The translations under genes and the position numbers were made by a program. Positions 28,473 to 35,758 of a stretch of DNA of 64,000 bases are shown here, piece after piece. Position 1 is the first letter of the stretch. Each line of letters opens with the position of its first letter. The stretch spans positions 13,951 to 77,950 of the forward strand of contig CAZODR010000003.1 in the NCBI GenBank assembly GCA_964578645.1. Direction: 5' to 3'. This DNA comes from an uncultured Candidatus Saccharibacteria bacterium. Its GTDB lineage: Bacteria > Patescibacteriota > Saccharimonadia > Saccharimonadales > Saccharimonadaceae. A model generated the notes under the pieces. The model was not told the DNA's origin. It was given only the letters and a program-made list of their open reading frames with translations, and did not search any database.

Positions 28473-29471
28473 ATGAAAAAAATCTATAGTCTAATTTGCG
28501 CAGCTTTCGTAGCATTATCTAGCCTCGCTCTCGCCCCCTCGGCCGTTTTCGCCGAGGGGGAGGGGGAAGCTGAAACTCCCGAAACCTGGCTCCAGCTCTC
28601 ACCGACCGCGACCACAGTTATCCTCAAGGGTGGCGACGTCATCATGGGTGATTCCCAGGATTGCGATAGCGACATCGGCGAAGGCTGCGTCGTCAAGGTG
28701 ACGAATATCGGTAGCCGCAGTTTTAAATATCGCATCTATGCTTCGCCCTATGTCGTCGAGAACGATGGCACGGTGACTTTTGATTCGAATTCGACGAAAT
28801 CATACACCCAAATTGCTCGCTGGATCACCTTCCAAGACGACAGCGGCAGTTTTCAAAAAGAGCTCGTGAAGAGCATTAATCCTGGCGAATCCCAGATTAT
28901 TAATTATCGTATCGATGTCCCCGAAGACGTCCCTGGCGGCGCGCAATATGCCGCGATCTGGGCCCAAACCATTAGCGACCAGCAACAAACCGGGACCGGC
29001 GTCCAGACGATTTCCCAGGCCGGAATGGTGGTTTCTGGGCGTTCGATCGGTACGACTCGCCAGACGGCCGAGATTTCCGATTATGATTTCACGCGTTTCG
29101 CTTTCGCCGCACCTTTGACCGCGCATGCACATATGAAAAACACTGGTAATACCGATTTCGATATCCATTATTCATACGTCGCCCGCACCATTTTCGGAAA
29201 AGAACTTTATAATGACACGAAATCAATTGTCGCCTTCCCGGAAAGCGATCATGATATTGATGTCAGTTGGGAAAATACCCCTCTGCTCGGCATCTTCCAG
29301 GTCGAATTCAGCGTCAATGGCGGAGACGTGAACGTTAGCGAAAAGCATATTGTGGCTATAATTCCAATTTTTGTGCTAATTTTGTTAATTTCACTATTGA
29401 CAGTCATAATTCTGTGGATTATAATCATAATCAGAAAACGCAAAGAGCGCAAAGCTCGCACCCTCGTATAG
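28473..29471 (+). CDS. Second DUF916/DUF3324-like secreted, TM-anchored surface protein
   Basis: Paralogue of 27517..28449 (IDVPEDVPGGAQYAAIW, KNTGNTDF). C-terminal TM plus RKRKERKAR tail. Start moved to MKKIYSL behind AGGAGG. Confidence 0.85.
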   Translation: MKKIYSLICAAFVALSSLALAPSAVFAEGEGEAETPETWLQLSPTATTVILKGGDVIMGDSQDCDSDIGEGCVVKVTNIGSRSFKYRIYASPYVVENDGTVTFDSNSTKSYTQIARWITFQDDSGSFQKELVKSINPGESQIINYRIDVPEDVPGGAQYAAIWAQTISDQQQTGTGVQTISQAGMVVSGRSIGTTRQTAEISDYDFTRFAFAAPLTAHAHMKNTGNTDFDIHYSYVARTIFGKELYNDTKSIVAFPESDHDIDVSWENTPLLGIFQVEFSVNGGDVNVSEKHIVAIIPIFVLILLISLLTVIILWIIIIIRKRKERKARTLV

Positions 29472-29579
29472 TGGAAGATACGAAGCGAGCAGCCGTAATA
29501 CTATTGCGAGTAGTATTTTCTGCGAGACGGCCGCTCTAGCGAATTCAAAATAAAAATTAAAAAGAAAAGAGTGTAGAGT

Positions 29580-30539
29580 ATGCAAAAAACAAGAAAGCAG
29601 ATCCTCGGGATTGCAGGTTTGCTCGCTGTCGGCGTAATGACTGCCGTCGCTTGCGCTATGCCAACGCCGAACGCAGCGGCCGCTGAAGGGGATCATAATG
29701 TTGATATTAATGTCACGATTCGTGAGGGCGCCCCGCGTATAAAAATCAATAGCCCGCTCGACAATAGTTCGACCCTCGATCCTACGGTGACGACTAGCTA
29801 TACCTACGAGGACGTCGTGCGCGTCGAGACTCACCTGATTTATACTGACGATTCTGGTAAGGAAATCGACACTATTATCGATACCTTCGTCCCGACCGAA
29901 AAATATGGCACGCGTAGCTTCCCAACTGATCTTAGCAGCCTCGGTTATCGCGATTATCGTATCAAAACTGTCGGTTATAGTAATGGTGGCACTGCTCGCG
30001 AGGATACAGTCTCCTTCAACTACCGCGCTATCAAAGCTGACTTCGACCGCGGTGTGAACGAGAAAAACGATCCTATCCTCAGCGTCGAAGCTAATGCTGA
30101 CGTCGAAAAGGTCCAAGTCCAAGTTTACGGCAAGGACGGGAAACCGCTTTTCGTGAACAAAGATGGCAAAGAGGTCCCAGTAGTGATCAATCGTAGTGCC
30201 ATCGATCCGACGACCGGGAAGTTTACCGTGGCTCTGCCTTTCGGCGAATACGGCGCCGCTGATGGCGAATATACCGCCGTCATAGTCGCCTACAACGCAA
30301 AAGACGACATCATCTCGATGGTCACCTTGCCCGTTAAGTATTCCAAGACCGGCTCGACTGGCGGCGATGGGACGACGACTCCCGGCCAGGTCACGCCAGA
30401 AACTCCGAATACCGGCTCGACGATCTTCGGTAGTTTGACCCGAATCGATTATATCATTACCGCAATTGTCGCTTTCATGGTTGCCGCTGGTTTCGCCGTC
30501 TTCCTAGTAATGCGTAATCGCAAGCACCAAAACCAATAA
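29580..30539 (+). CDS. Secreted surface protein with C-terminal PNTG sorting signal
   Basis: Signal peptide and Ig-like beta-rich body. C-terminus is TPETPNTGS, then a hydrophobic helix, then RNRKHQNQ. Confidence 0.85.
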   Translation: MQKTRKQILGIAGLLAVGVMTAVACAMPTPNAAAAEGDHNVDINVTIREGAPRIKINSPLDNSSTLDPTVTTSYTYEDVVRVETHLIYTDDSGKEIDTIIDTFVPTEKYGTRSFPTDLSSLGYRDYRIKTVGYSNGGTAREDTVSFNYRAIKADFDRGVNEKNDPILSVEANADVEKVQVQVYGKDGKPLFVNKDGKEVPVVINRSAIDPTTGKFTVALPFGEYGAADGEYTAVIVAYNAKDDIISMVTLPVKYSKTGSTGGDGTTTPGQVTPETPNTGSTIFGSLTRIDYIITAIVAFMVAAGFAVFLVMRNRKHQNQ

Positions 30540-30727
30540 AATACCAAATTTAACATCAAAAGGTCAAAAAACTGCTCTTCGGGGCGGTTTTTTGATGAAA
30601 TTAACTGACTTTTTGTCAAAAAACCGCCCTTTTCCCCTAAAAACCCCGGAAAAGCTTGACTTTTTCATAATTCTTTGATATAATGGTATTATATAGTCAA
30701 ATAATCTGAGTAGAGTTGGAGTTAGAG

Positions 30728-31558
30728 ATGACAATCAAAAAACAATCAATCTTTGCGGCGTTTTTGCTCGCATCGATCATCGGGCTTTCTATCCCGATGG
30801 AATTGGCTATGGCCGACGGGCCGGATGCTTCCGAAGGCGAGGAAAAACCTGGCGGCGATGCCGATGAAAACCAGCCAGAACCGGACAATCCTGGGACCGG
30901 TGAAGAGCCGACCCCGCCCGGTCCAGGGACGACCGAACCCGGCGACAATACCGGAACTGGCACGGGGACAAATACTGGCGACGATGGCGCTGGGACGACT
31001 AAACCTGGGAACAAACCTTCCGTTGATGATTCGAAGCAGCCGGACGCGAGCAACCCCGGAGCTGGTACTTCGAAGCCTAGCGATTCGGCGGGCAATTCGC
31101 ATAATTCCGGCAGCTCTAGCAATAACTCCGCCAGCTCGAATAGTAATAATTCTGGGCGCAATACTCAGGGAACAGGTAGCAGCGCGACCGCCGGCCGCTC
31201 GGAGTCCGATGCCAACGGCGCGGCCGCGACCAGCGCAGCTGACGCTGCGGACGAAACTGACGCTGCGCTCGCCGACGACGACGAAAGCCCAGCCGTCCCG
31301 AAACTTTCCAGCGCTAGCAAACCCCAATCCTCCGAAAAAGGCGAGCGCAAGTTCAATCCTTGGAGTCTAGCGGCTGTTTTTGGGCTGGTCGCGGCCGCTG
31401 TTGGGGGCATCGCGGTGGCCGCCACAATCTGGCTCAAGCATTCCGTGCGATCGGCCGACCCCGACTTCGTCGCGGATTCAGATCGCGATGCCCCCAATTC
31501 CAAATCTAATTCTGGTTCCAGCTCTAATTCCAACTCTGATTCTGCTGCCGAATCTTAA
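30728..31558 (+). CDS. Secreted low-complexity (G/T/P/S/N/D-rich) protein with TM helix near the C-terminus
   Basis: Signal peptide MTIKKQSIFAAFLLASIIGLSIP, acidic low-complexity body and TM AAVFGLVAAAVGGIAVAATIW. Its own promoter is TTGACT-17-TATAAT. Confidence 0.75.
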   Translation: MTIKKQSIFAAFLLASIIGLSIPMELAMADGPDASEGEEKPGGDADENQPEPDNPGTGEEPTPPGPGTTEPGDNTGTGTGTNTGDDGAGTTKPGNKPSVDDSKQPDASNPGAGTSKPSDSAGNSHNSGSSSNNSASSNSNNSGRNTQGTGSSATAGRSESDANGAAATSAADAADETDAALADDDESPAVPKLSSASKPQSSEKGERKFNPWSLAAVFGLVAAAVGGIAVAATIWLKHSVRSADPDFVADSDRDAPNSKSNSGSSSNSNSDSAAES

Positions 31559-31703
31559 TCGGCAGTCCAACCGCCTGGGAAATTTTGATGCGCCGATTAT
31601 GCGCTTGAAATTCCTCGGTTATATGGAATAGTATAAGCTAATTTGCCCTTGAAAAAGCCCCGACCAAAGCCGGGGCGAGGTGCGCGCGTAGTCTTTTGAC
31701 GGC

Positions 31704-32063
31704 TTATTTTTGATATTCTTCAGCTATCATTTTTAGAGCCTGCTTGAGTTTCATTACCCTCGACTCTATCGGGTCCTGAAACACTTCTGTTGCGGCTATT
31801 AAATTAAGGTAATTTGTCTCATTCTCGCCATATTCTGCCGCTAATAAGTCTCGTTGGCAACGTGTCAAATTTGGCAAAACCTCACCAACTGCCGCATGAA
31901 ACTGTCCACTTTCCGTCCCGTTGCAAGCATGACCAAAAAGCACCTCAAAAAGCCTCTCCTCATTAATTTTCCCATAGCGAAGTTTGACTTTCTCCATCCC
32001 TTTTTCGTCCAGTCCTTCGCTTTCAAAATCAATATAAACAAATTTTAAATCTTCTATAACCAT
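31704..32063 (-). CDS. Hypothetical small cytoplasmic protein
   Basis: Start moved to MVIEDLK behind AAAGGGGGAAATAGA. A terminator-like hairpin (GCCCCGACCAAAGCCGGGGC) lies downstream. Confidence 0.6.
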   Translation of the reverse strand: MVIEDLKFVYIDFESEGLDEKGMEKVKLRYGKINEERLFEVLFGHACNGTESGQFHAAVGEVLPNLTRCQRDLLAAEYGENETNYLNLIAATEVFQDPIESRVMKLKQALKMIAEEYQK

Positions 32064-32184
32064 TCTATTTCCCCCTTTCGCGAATCGCACCTCATATATC
32101 TTATCACAAAACCGTCAATGCTGCAACCGAAAAATCCCCTGCTTTTAAAATTCAAAAAGGTCTTTATCTTTTAGAAATCTGTGC

Positions 32185-32335
32185 TATAATACAAGAATCT
32201 GGGTCGGCAGCGCAGCTGCTGTCCGAGGCGCTCGTCGCCGAGAAAGATCTAGATTAAGCACTGCTCTAACCAGCTGAGCATAAAAATGCTGGAAAGGTAG
32301 AAGCATAACCTTCATAAAAGCTTCATTAATAATCT
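32185..32335 (+). promoter_or_regulatory. tRNA-Lys promoter plus unusual ~135-nt leader holding a partial tRNA 5' copy and an inverted D-arm copy
   Basis: TGTGCTATAAT at 32181..32190. AATCTGGGTCGGCAGCGCAGCTG (32196..32219) repeats 32331..32354. 32263..32279 is the exact reverse complement of the tRNA D-arm 32345..32361. Confidence 0.6.
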
Positions 32336-32412
32336 GGGTCGGTAGCTCAGCTGGTTAGAGCACGGGCCTTTTAAGCCCGGTGTCGAGGGTTCGAGCCCCT
32401 CCCGACTCACCA
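32336..32412 (+). tRNA. tRNA-Lys (anticodon TTT)
   Basis: Hand-folded cloverleaf: acceptor GGGTCGG/CCGACTC, anticodon arm CGGGC-CTTTTAA-GCCCG, T-arm GAGGG-TTCGAGC-CCCTC, encoded CCA. Confidence 0.9.
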
Positions 32413-32480
32413 CTATAGAATAAAGAAGCCCTCTGGGCTTATTTATTTTATAGTGTAGGCGGATCAAACCAATATAGGTT
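32411..32480. repeat. ~70-bp direct repeat, copy 1 (starts in the tRNA-Lys CCA end and includes its terminator hairpin)
   Basis: CACTATAGAATAAAGAAGCCCTCTGGGCTTATTTATTTTATAGTGTAGGCGGATCAAACCAATATAGGTT recurs at 33471..33540 with 6 mismatches. Confidence 0.85.
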
Positions 32481-32533
32481 GCCCCTCCGATCTGAAATTA
32501 TCCTTACAATGAGGCTCCCTTGCTACATATACT

Positions 32534-32725
32534 CTAATTAGCCAGGCAGCGGAGAGAAAGACTTGTCCAACGGTCGCTGCCGTTGGCTGGATTAACTTTA
32601 GTACTGTTGATGCCGAGAACGTAGGCGCCTGCATCATTGACGAGTGACCGGGACGACCAGGGATAGCTGGATTCGCCATAGCCGCACAGTCTATTAGTAT
32701 TAATGTTTATCCAGCCGCTGCGCAC
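32534..32725 (-). CDS. FISUMP-like C-terminal cassette B (63 codons, GTG start, own promoter module)
   Basis: VRSGWININTNRL...WSS...GAYVLGINSTKVNPANGSDRWTSLSLRCLAN with conserved 5' and 3' boundary blocks. Confidence 0.45.
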   Translation of the reverse strand: MRSGWININTNRLCGYGESSYPWSSRSLVNDAGAYVLGINSTKVNPANGSDRWTSLSLRCLAN

Positions 32726-32789
32726 ACTACAGATCGAGCCTCGTTGAGGCCTATACTACTATTGTAGCACAGCTTATGCTTTTTGTCAA
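32726..32789 (-). promoter_or_regulatory. Cassette promoter plus 5' hairpin leader (drives cassette B)
   Basis: The minus strand reads TTGACA-17-TACAAT, then GTATAGGCCTCAACGAGGCTCGATCTGTAGT directly before the GTG. Confidence 0.7.
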
Positions 32790-32903
32790 GATATTTCGGC
32801 AAAATTTGACAGAATTGCTAGGTTCTGGGGAGATTTTGGACAATTTTATGGAATTGCTAAATTTTAGGTGGACTTTACTAGTTTATTGCTAGCTACATAT
32901 ACT

Positions 32904-33095
32904 CTAATTAGCCAGGCAGCGGAGAGGAATACCAAAGAAACGATTGCCACGATCTGACGGCTTGAGGTATCTGCCGGTGAAGCTGAGGAAGTAGATATCA
33001 GCATCTTTTAGATCGGGCCACGATCCCCAAGCATAGCCGTCTGCACTGGAATATTTTTGTGTGCCCTCATTGATTTTGACAACGCCGCTGCGCAC
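32904..33095 (-). CDS. FISUMP-like C-terminal cassette C (63 codons, no promoter of its own; tandem behind D)
   Basis: VRSGVVKINEGTQ...YAWGS...IYFLSFTGRYLKPSDRGNRFFGIPLRCLAN with conserved boundary blocks. Confidence 0.4.
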   Translation of the reverse strand: MRSGVVKINEGTQKYSSADGYAWGSWPDLKDADIYFLSFTGRYLKPSDRGNRFFGIPLRCLAN

Positions 33096-33106
33096 AAAAC
33101 AACTTT

Positions 33107-33177
33107 GGATAGGTTAAGGATTAGATATTTTGCTTGTCCAGAATAAGCAACCAAACTAAGTAGTCCTTAACTTATCC
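33107..33177. repeat. Inter-cassette spacer hairpin (13-nt arms) between D and C
   Basis: GGATAGGTTAAGG ... CCTTAACTTATCC. The same architecture lies between F and E, with a compensatory AAAG/CTTT change. Confidence 0.7.
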
Positions 33178-33190
33178 TGCTACATATACT

Positions 33191-33385
33191 CTAATTAGCC
33201 AGGCAGCGGAGAGGAAAACCGTAGTAACGATAGCCGTTGACGTCCGACGGGCCGACGATACTACCATTGAAGTCGAGACGGTGGGCATTGATACCACTTG
33301 CGCGCGACGAAGATGACCAGGCGCAGCCAACGATGCCAGAGTACCACAGCTTACCGTTATTGATACTGACGAAGCCGCTGCGCAC
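33191..33385 (-). CDS. FISUMP-like C-terminal cassette D (near-identical twin of A)
   Basis: 33177..33388 equals 24621..24832 except for 1 nt (A at 33217, G at 24661). Identity ends exactly at the unit borders. Confidence 0.45.
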   Translation of the reverse strand: MRSGFVSINNGKLWYSGIVGCAWSSSSRASGINAHRLDFNGSIVGPSDVNGYRYYGFPLRCLAN

Positions 33386-33470
33386 AAAATTATATACATC
33401 CACATCCGTATAAATCGTGTAGAATCATGGTGCATGGCATTATCTTTGTATCATCTGTGACGTCTATACA

Positions 33471-33540
33471 CACTATAAAATAAAGAAGCCCTCTGGGCTT
33501 ATTTATTTTATGGTGCAGGTGGATCGAATCAATATAGGTT
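33471..33540. repeat. ~70-bp direct repeat, copy 2
   Basis: Matches 32411..32480. Together the two copies bracket the B-C-D cassette block. Confidence 0.85.
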
Positions 33541-33685
33541 CGTCCTCGGTAGGAGGCGAGCGAAAAGTAGAATTTGCCCTAGCTTTTCCGATCCGGCGCT
33601 TAATTTCAAGACCAAGAGCCAGGTCGTTGCCGCTTATCTCACTCTCCGCCCCGACGACCGTGCGCCGTATGCTGAGTTTATTGAA

Positions 33686-33880
33686 TAGATTACGCACGGC
33701 CGCGAGCCGCTGCCTCCCGCCGCGAACGGTTCGAGCGCTAGCACGACCCCGAATACCGGTGCCACGGCTGTCGACAAAAATTTCTTCACTCGCCAGACCC
33801 TGCTACCGATCGGTCTAATCGCTCTCATCATAACTTCCTGCTATCTCGGTTATGCTATATCGCGCAACCGCTGTCGCTAG
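33686..33880 (+). pseudogene. Remnant 3' end of a PNTG-sorted surface protein gene (no start codon, upstream frame closed)
   Basis: The frame reads ...SSASTTPNTGATAVDKNFFTRQTLLPIGLIALIITSCYLGYAISRNRCR-stop. It opens only after TGA at 33683..33685 and contains no ATG. Confidence 0.55.
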
Positions 33881-33952
33881 GGATTTGCGAAAACCGACGA
33901 GGCCTAAAACCTCTCGACCTCCGCTAAACACTGTGCTATAATTAAGCTAGTT

Positions 33953-34717
33953 ATGAGTGAGAAAACTGCGAAATCGTCGAAGCCGGCTGTGGTTTCCGAC
34001 TACAATGGCTATGATTATAAAAAGATCTTCTGGGAGGATGCCGACCGTAAATATGAAGATTTATCCGATCGTATGGCGATTCGTCGCCTTCTGCCTTTGG
34101 AAATCGGCGAATTTGTGGACATCGCTGGTGGTTATGGCCGTCTCGCTGATGAATATTTACCTCGTGCGAAAAGCGCTACCATTTTCGACTATTCCGCAAC
34201 CGAGCTGGAACAGGCGAAGGAGTTGCATGGCGACCAGATAAAAACCCAAGTCGGCGACATTTATAGCCTGCCGTTTAAGGATAACAGTTTTGATGCTTTG
34301 ATGATGATTCGTGCCACGCACCATTTTAAGGATATGCAGAAAGTTTCCGACGAGCTTTATCGCGTTTTGAAACCCGGCGGTGTCGCAGTTATTGAGGTCG
34401 CGAATAAGCGCACTCTGCCGCGCATGTGGCGCTACTGGACGAAAAAAACCGACCAAAATCCCTTTAGCCTTGAGCCGATCCATCTTAAGGAGATTGATGC
34501 CGACGGTTTTTATAATTATCACCCGAAATATATCGAGGGAATTTTCAAACATTCCGGTTTTAAGATTGACGAAGTTCTGTCAGTTTCGAATTTTCGTAGT
34601 GCGAAGCTTAAACAAATTTTTGGGACGAAAAATCTCGTGCGTCTCGAAAAAGGCGCCCAAAAGCTTCTCGCCCCTGTTAGATTCGCGCCATCAATCTACT
34701 ATCGCTTGGTAAAATAG
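33953..34717 (+). CDS. Class I SAM-dependent methyltransferase
   Basis: Motif I VDIAGGYGRLA, then FDALMMIRATHH and LKPGGVAVIEV. TGTGCTATAAT lies 10 nt before the ATG. Confidence 0.85.
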   Translation: MSEKTAKSSKPAVVSDYNGYDYKKIFWEDADRKYEDLSDRMAIRRLLPLEIGEFVDIAGGYGRLADEYLPRAKSATIFDYSATELEQAKELHGDQIKTQVGDIYSLPFKDNSFDALMMIRATHHFKDMQKVSDELYRVLKPGGVAVIEVANKRTLPRMWRYWTKKTDQNPFSLEPIHLKEIDADGFYNYHPKYIEGIFKHSGFKIDEVLSVSNFRSAKLKQIFGTKNLVRLEKGAQKLLAPVRFAPSIYYRLVK

Positions 34718-34737
34718 CCCAAAAATGAAAAAAGCAT

Positions 34738-34766
34738 TGACATTTTCGACAATGTGTGCTACAATG
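34738..34766 (+). promoter_or_regulatory. Consensus promoter (module family) for 34876 gene
   Basis: TTGACA-17-TACAAT with TGTG, followed by the GGAAGTAAGGAGG... hairpin and a ~105-nt leader. Confidence 0.7.
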
Positions 34767-34875
34767 GAAGTAAGGAGGTAGGAATTGTCCTCCCTCCAAA
34801 TACAATATTTTTGCGCACCTTAATAGCCGAGTGACTTCTAGTGACTATTTTGCCGTGCGAGAAGGGGGAATTTAT

Positions 34876-35421
34876 ATGGAAAAAAATTACAGAGTTGGCT
34901 CACACTTGATTAGGATGGCGAGCTGGGCAGAACTAATGTTCGGGGCTATTGCTACGATTTATTGTAGCTGGTTCAGGTATGTGACCCAGACCTTTACCAT
35001 TGGTAGCTCCGAATGGTGGGGCTATCTTATGGCCGGGACCATCATGCTGGGCGCCCCGACAATGCTGTGTGATAGCGTATGGGGAGTAATACGTCGCTTC
35101 ATGGCGAAGCGTGCGCCGGTTTATAGCGAGATCCCCGACCTGGACTCCTTAAGGTATGAGCGCTACTTGCAGGTCTGCGAATGTTTATATGACGACGAAG
35201 ACAGACAGATGAAAGAAGCGTTGTCCATGTACGTCGGGGGTGCCGTAACGAAAGCTATGGTCGCCATGCTGTGTATTTTCGTGGTTCCATGGACTGACGC
35301 GAAACTTTGCAGCGCAATTATCGCGCTTTATATTGTCGGCGCGTTCTTTGTCCTGTGGGTTCTTGCTTGCACTAGCAGGGACCTTTGGCATCTGTATGCT
35401 GACACCAAGGAGACCGTATAG
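34876..35421 (+). CDS. Hypothetical 4-TM membrane protein
   Basis: Start moved to MEKNYRV behind GAAGGGGGAATTTAT. A terminator GGGCGCTCTTTCGAGCGCCCTTTTT lies downstream. Confidence 0.7.
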   Translation: MEKNYRVGSHLIRMASWAELMFGAIATIYCSWFRYVTQTFTIGSSEWWGYLMAGTIMLGAPTMLCDSVWGVIRRFMAKRAPVYSEIPDLDSLRYERYLQVCECLYDDEDRQMKEALSMYVGGAVTKAMVAMLCIFVVPWTDAKLCSAIIALYIVGAFFVLWVLACTSRDLWHLYADTKETV

Positions 35422-35553
35422 CGAAACTAGGCCTAGTTTCGTGAACACTGGTGTTCACCGGGAATCATAAAAGTTCATCGGCTAGGTCCGGGCGCTCTTT
35501 CGAGCGCCCTTTTTATAGCTCTAAGCCGGTGGATGCTTATTCGCACAAAAATC

Positions 35554-35628
35554 TGGCGACCCCAGCTGGAATCGAACCAGCATTGTAGACTTAGAGGGTC
35601 TATGTCCTATCCGTTGAACGATGGGGTC
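35554..35628 (-). tRNA. tRNA-Arg (anticodon TCT), with C instead of U at position 33
   Basis: Hand-folded: acceptor GACCCCA/TGGGGTC, anticodon arm TAGAC-CCTCTAA-GTCTA, T-arm GCTGG-TTCGATT-CCAGC, encoded CCA. A TATAAT promoter lies just upstream. Confidence 0.75.
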
Positions 35629-35758
35629 ACCCCTATATTATAGCAGTCCTCTCCCGTCTTCGCAATCTTTACCGCCGACGCTTTGCGCGCCAACATCCTT
35701 CGACCGTTAGGGCCGAGCTGTGGTATAATAATCGTAGTAATAACTGCGAAAGGGAAAT

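Noticed and set aside
30697-31533. Several overlapping ORFs lie in other frames and strands across the low-complexity gene (30746..31327, 30753..31370, 30697..31161, 31165..31533).
   Set aside because: A repetitive GC-rich low-complexity region keeps many frames open. Only 30728..31558 has a promoter, a signal peptide and a TM anchor.
33096-33190. The cassette arrays might form a classical integron, with the spacer hairpins as attC sites.
   Set aside because: The half-site order (GTTAAGG ... CCTTAAC) is opposite to canonical attC (RYYYAAC ... GTTRRRY). No IntI-type integrase or attI adjoins the arrays. Only the two tandem pairs have the hairpin. It is kept only as a loose analogy.
33510-33818. 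A 102-aa plus-strand ORF follows the second direct repeat.
   Set aside because: It has an arginine/proline-rich composition with no start signals. A different frame of the same DNA carries a clear PNTG sorting signal, so the region is better explained as a decayed surface-protein gene.
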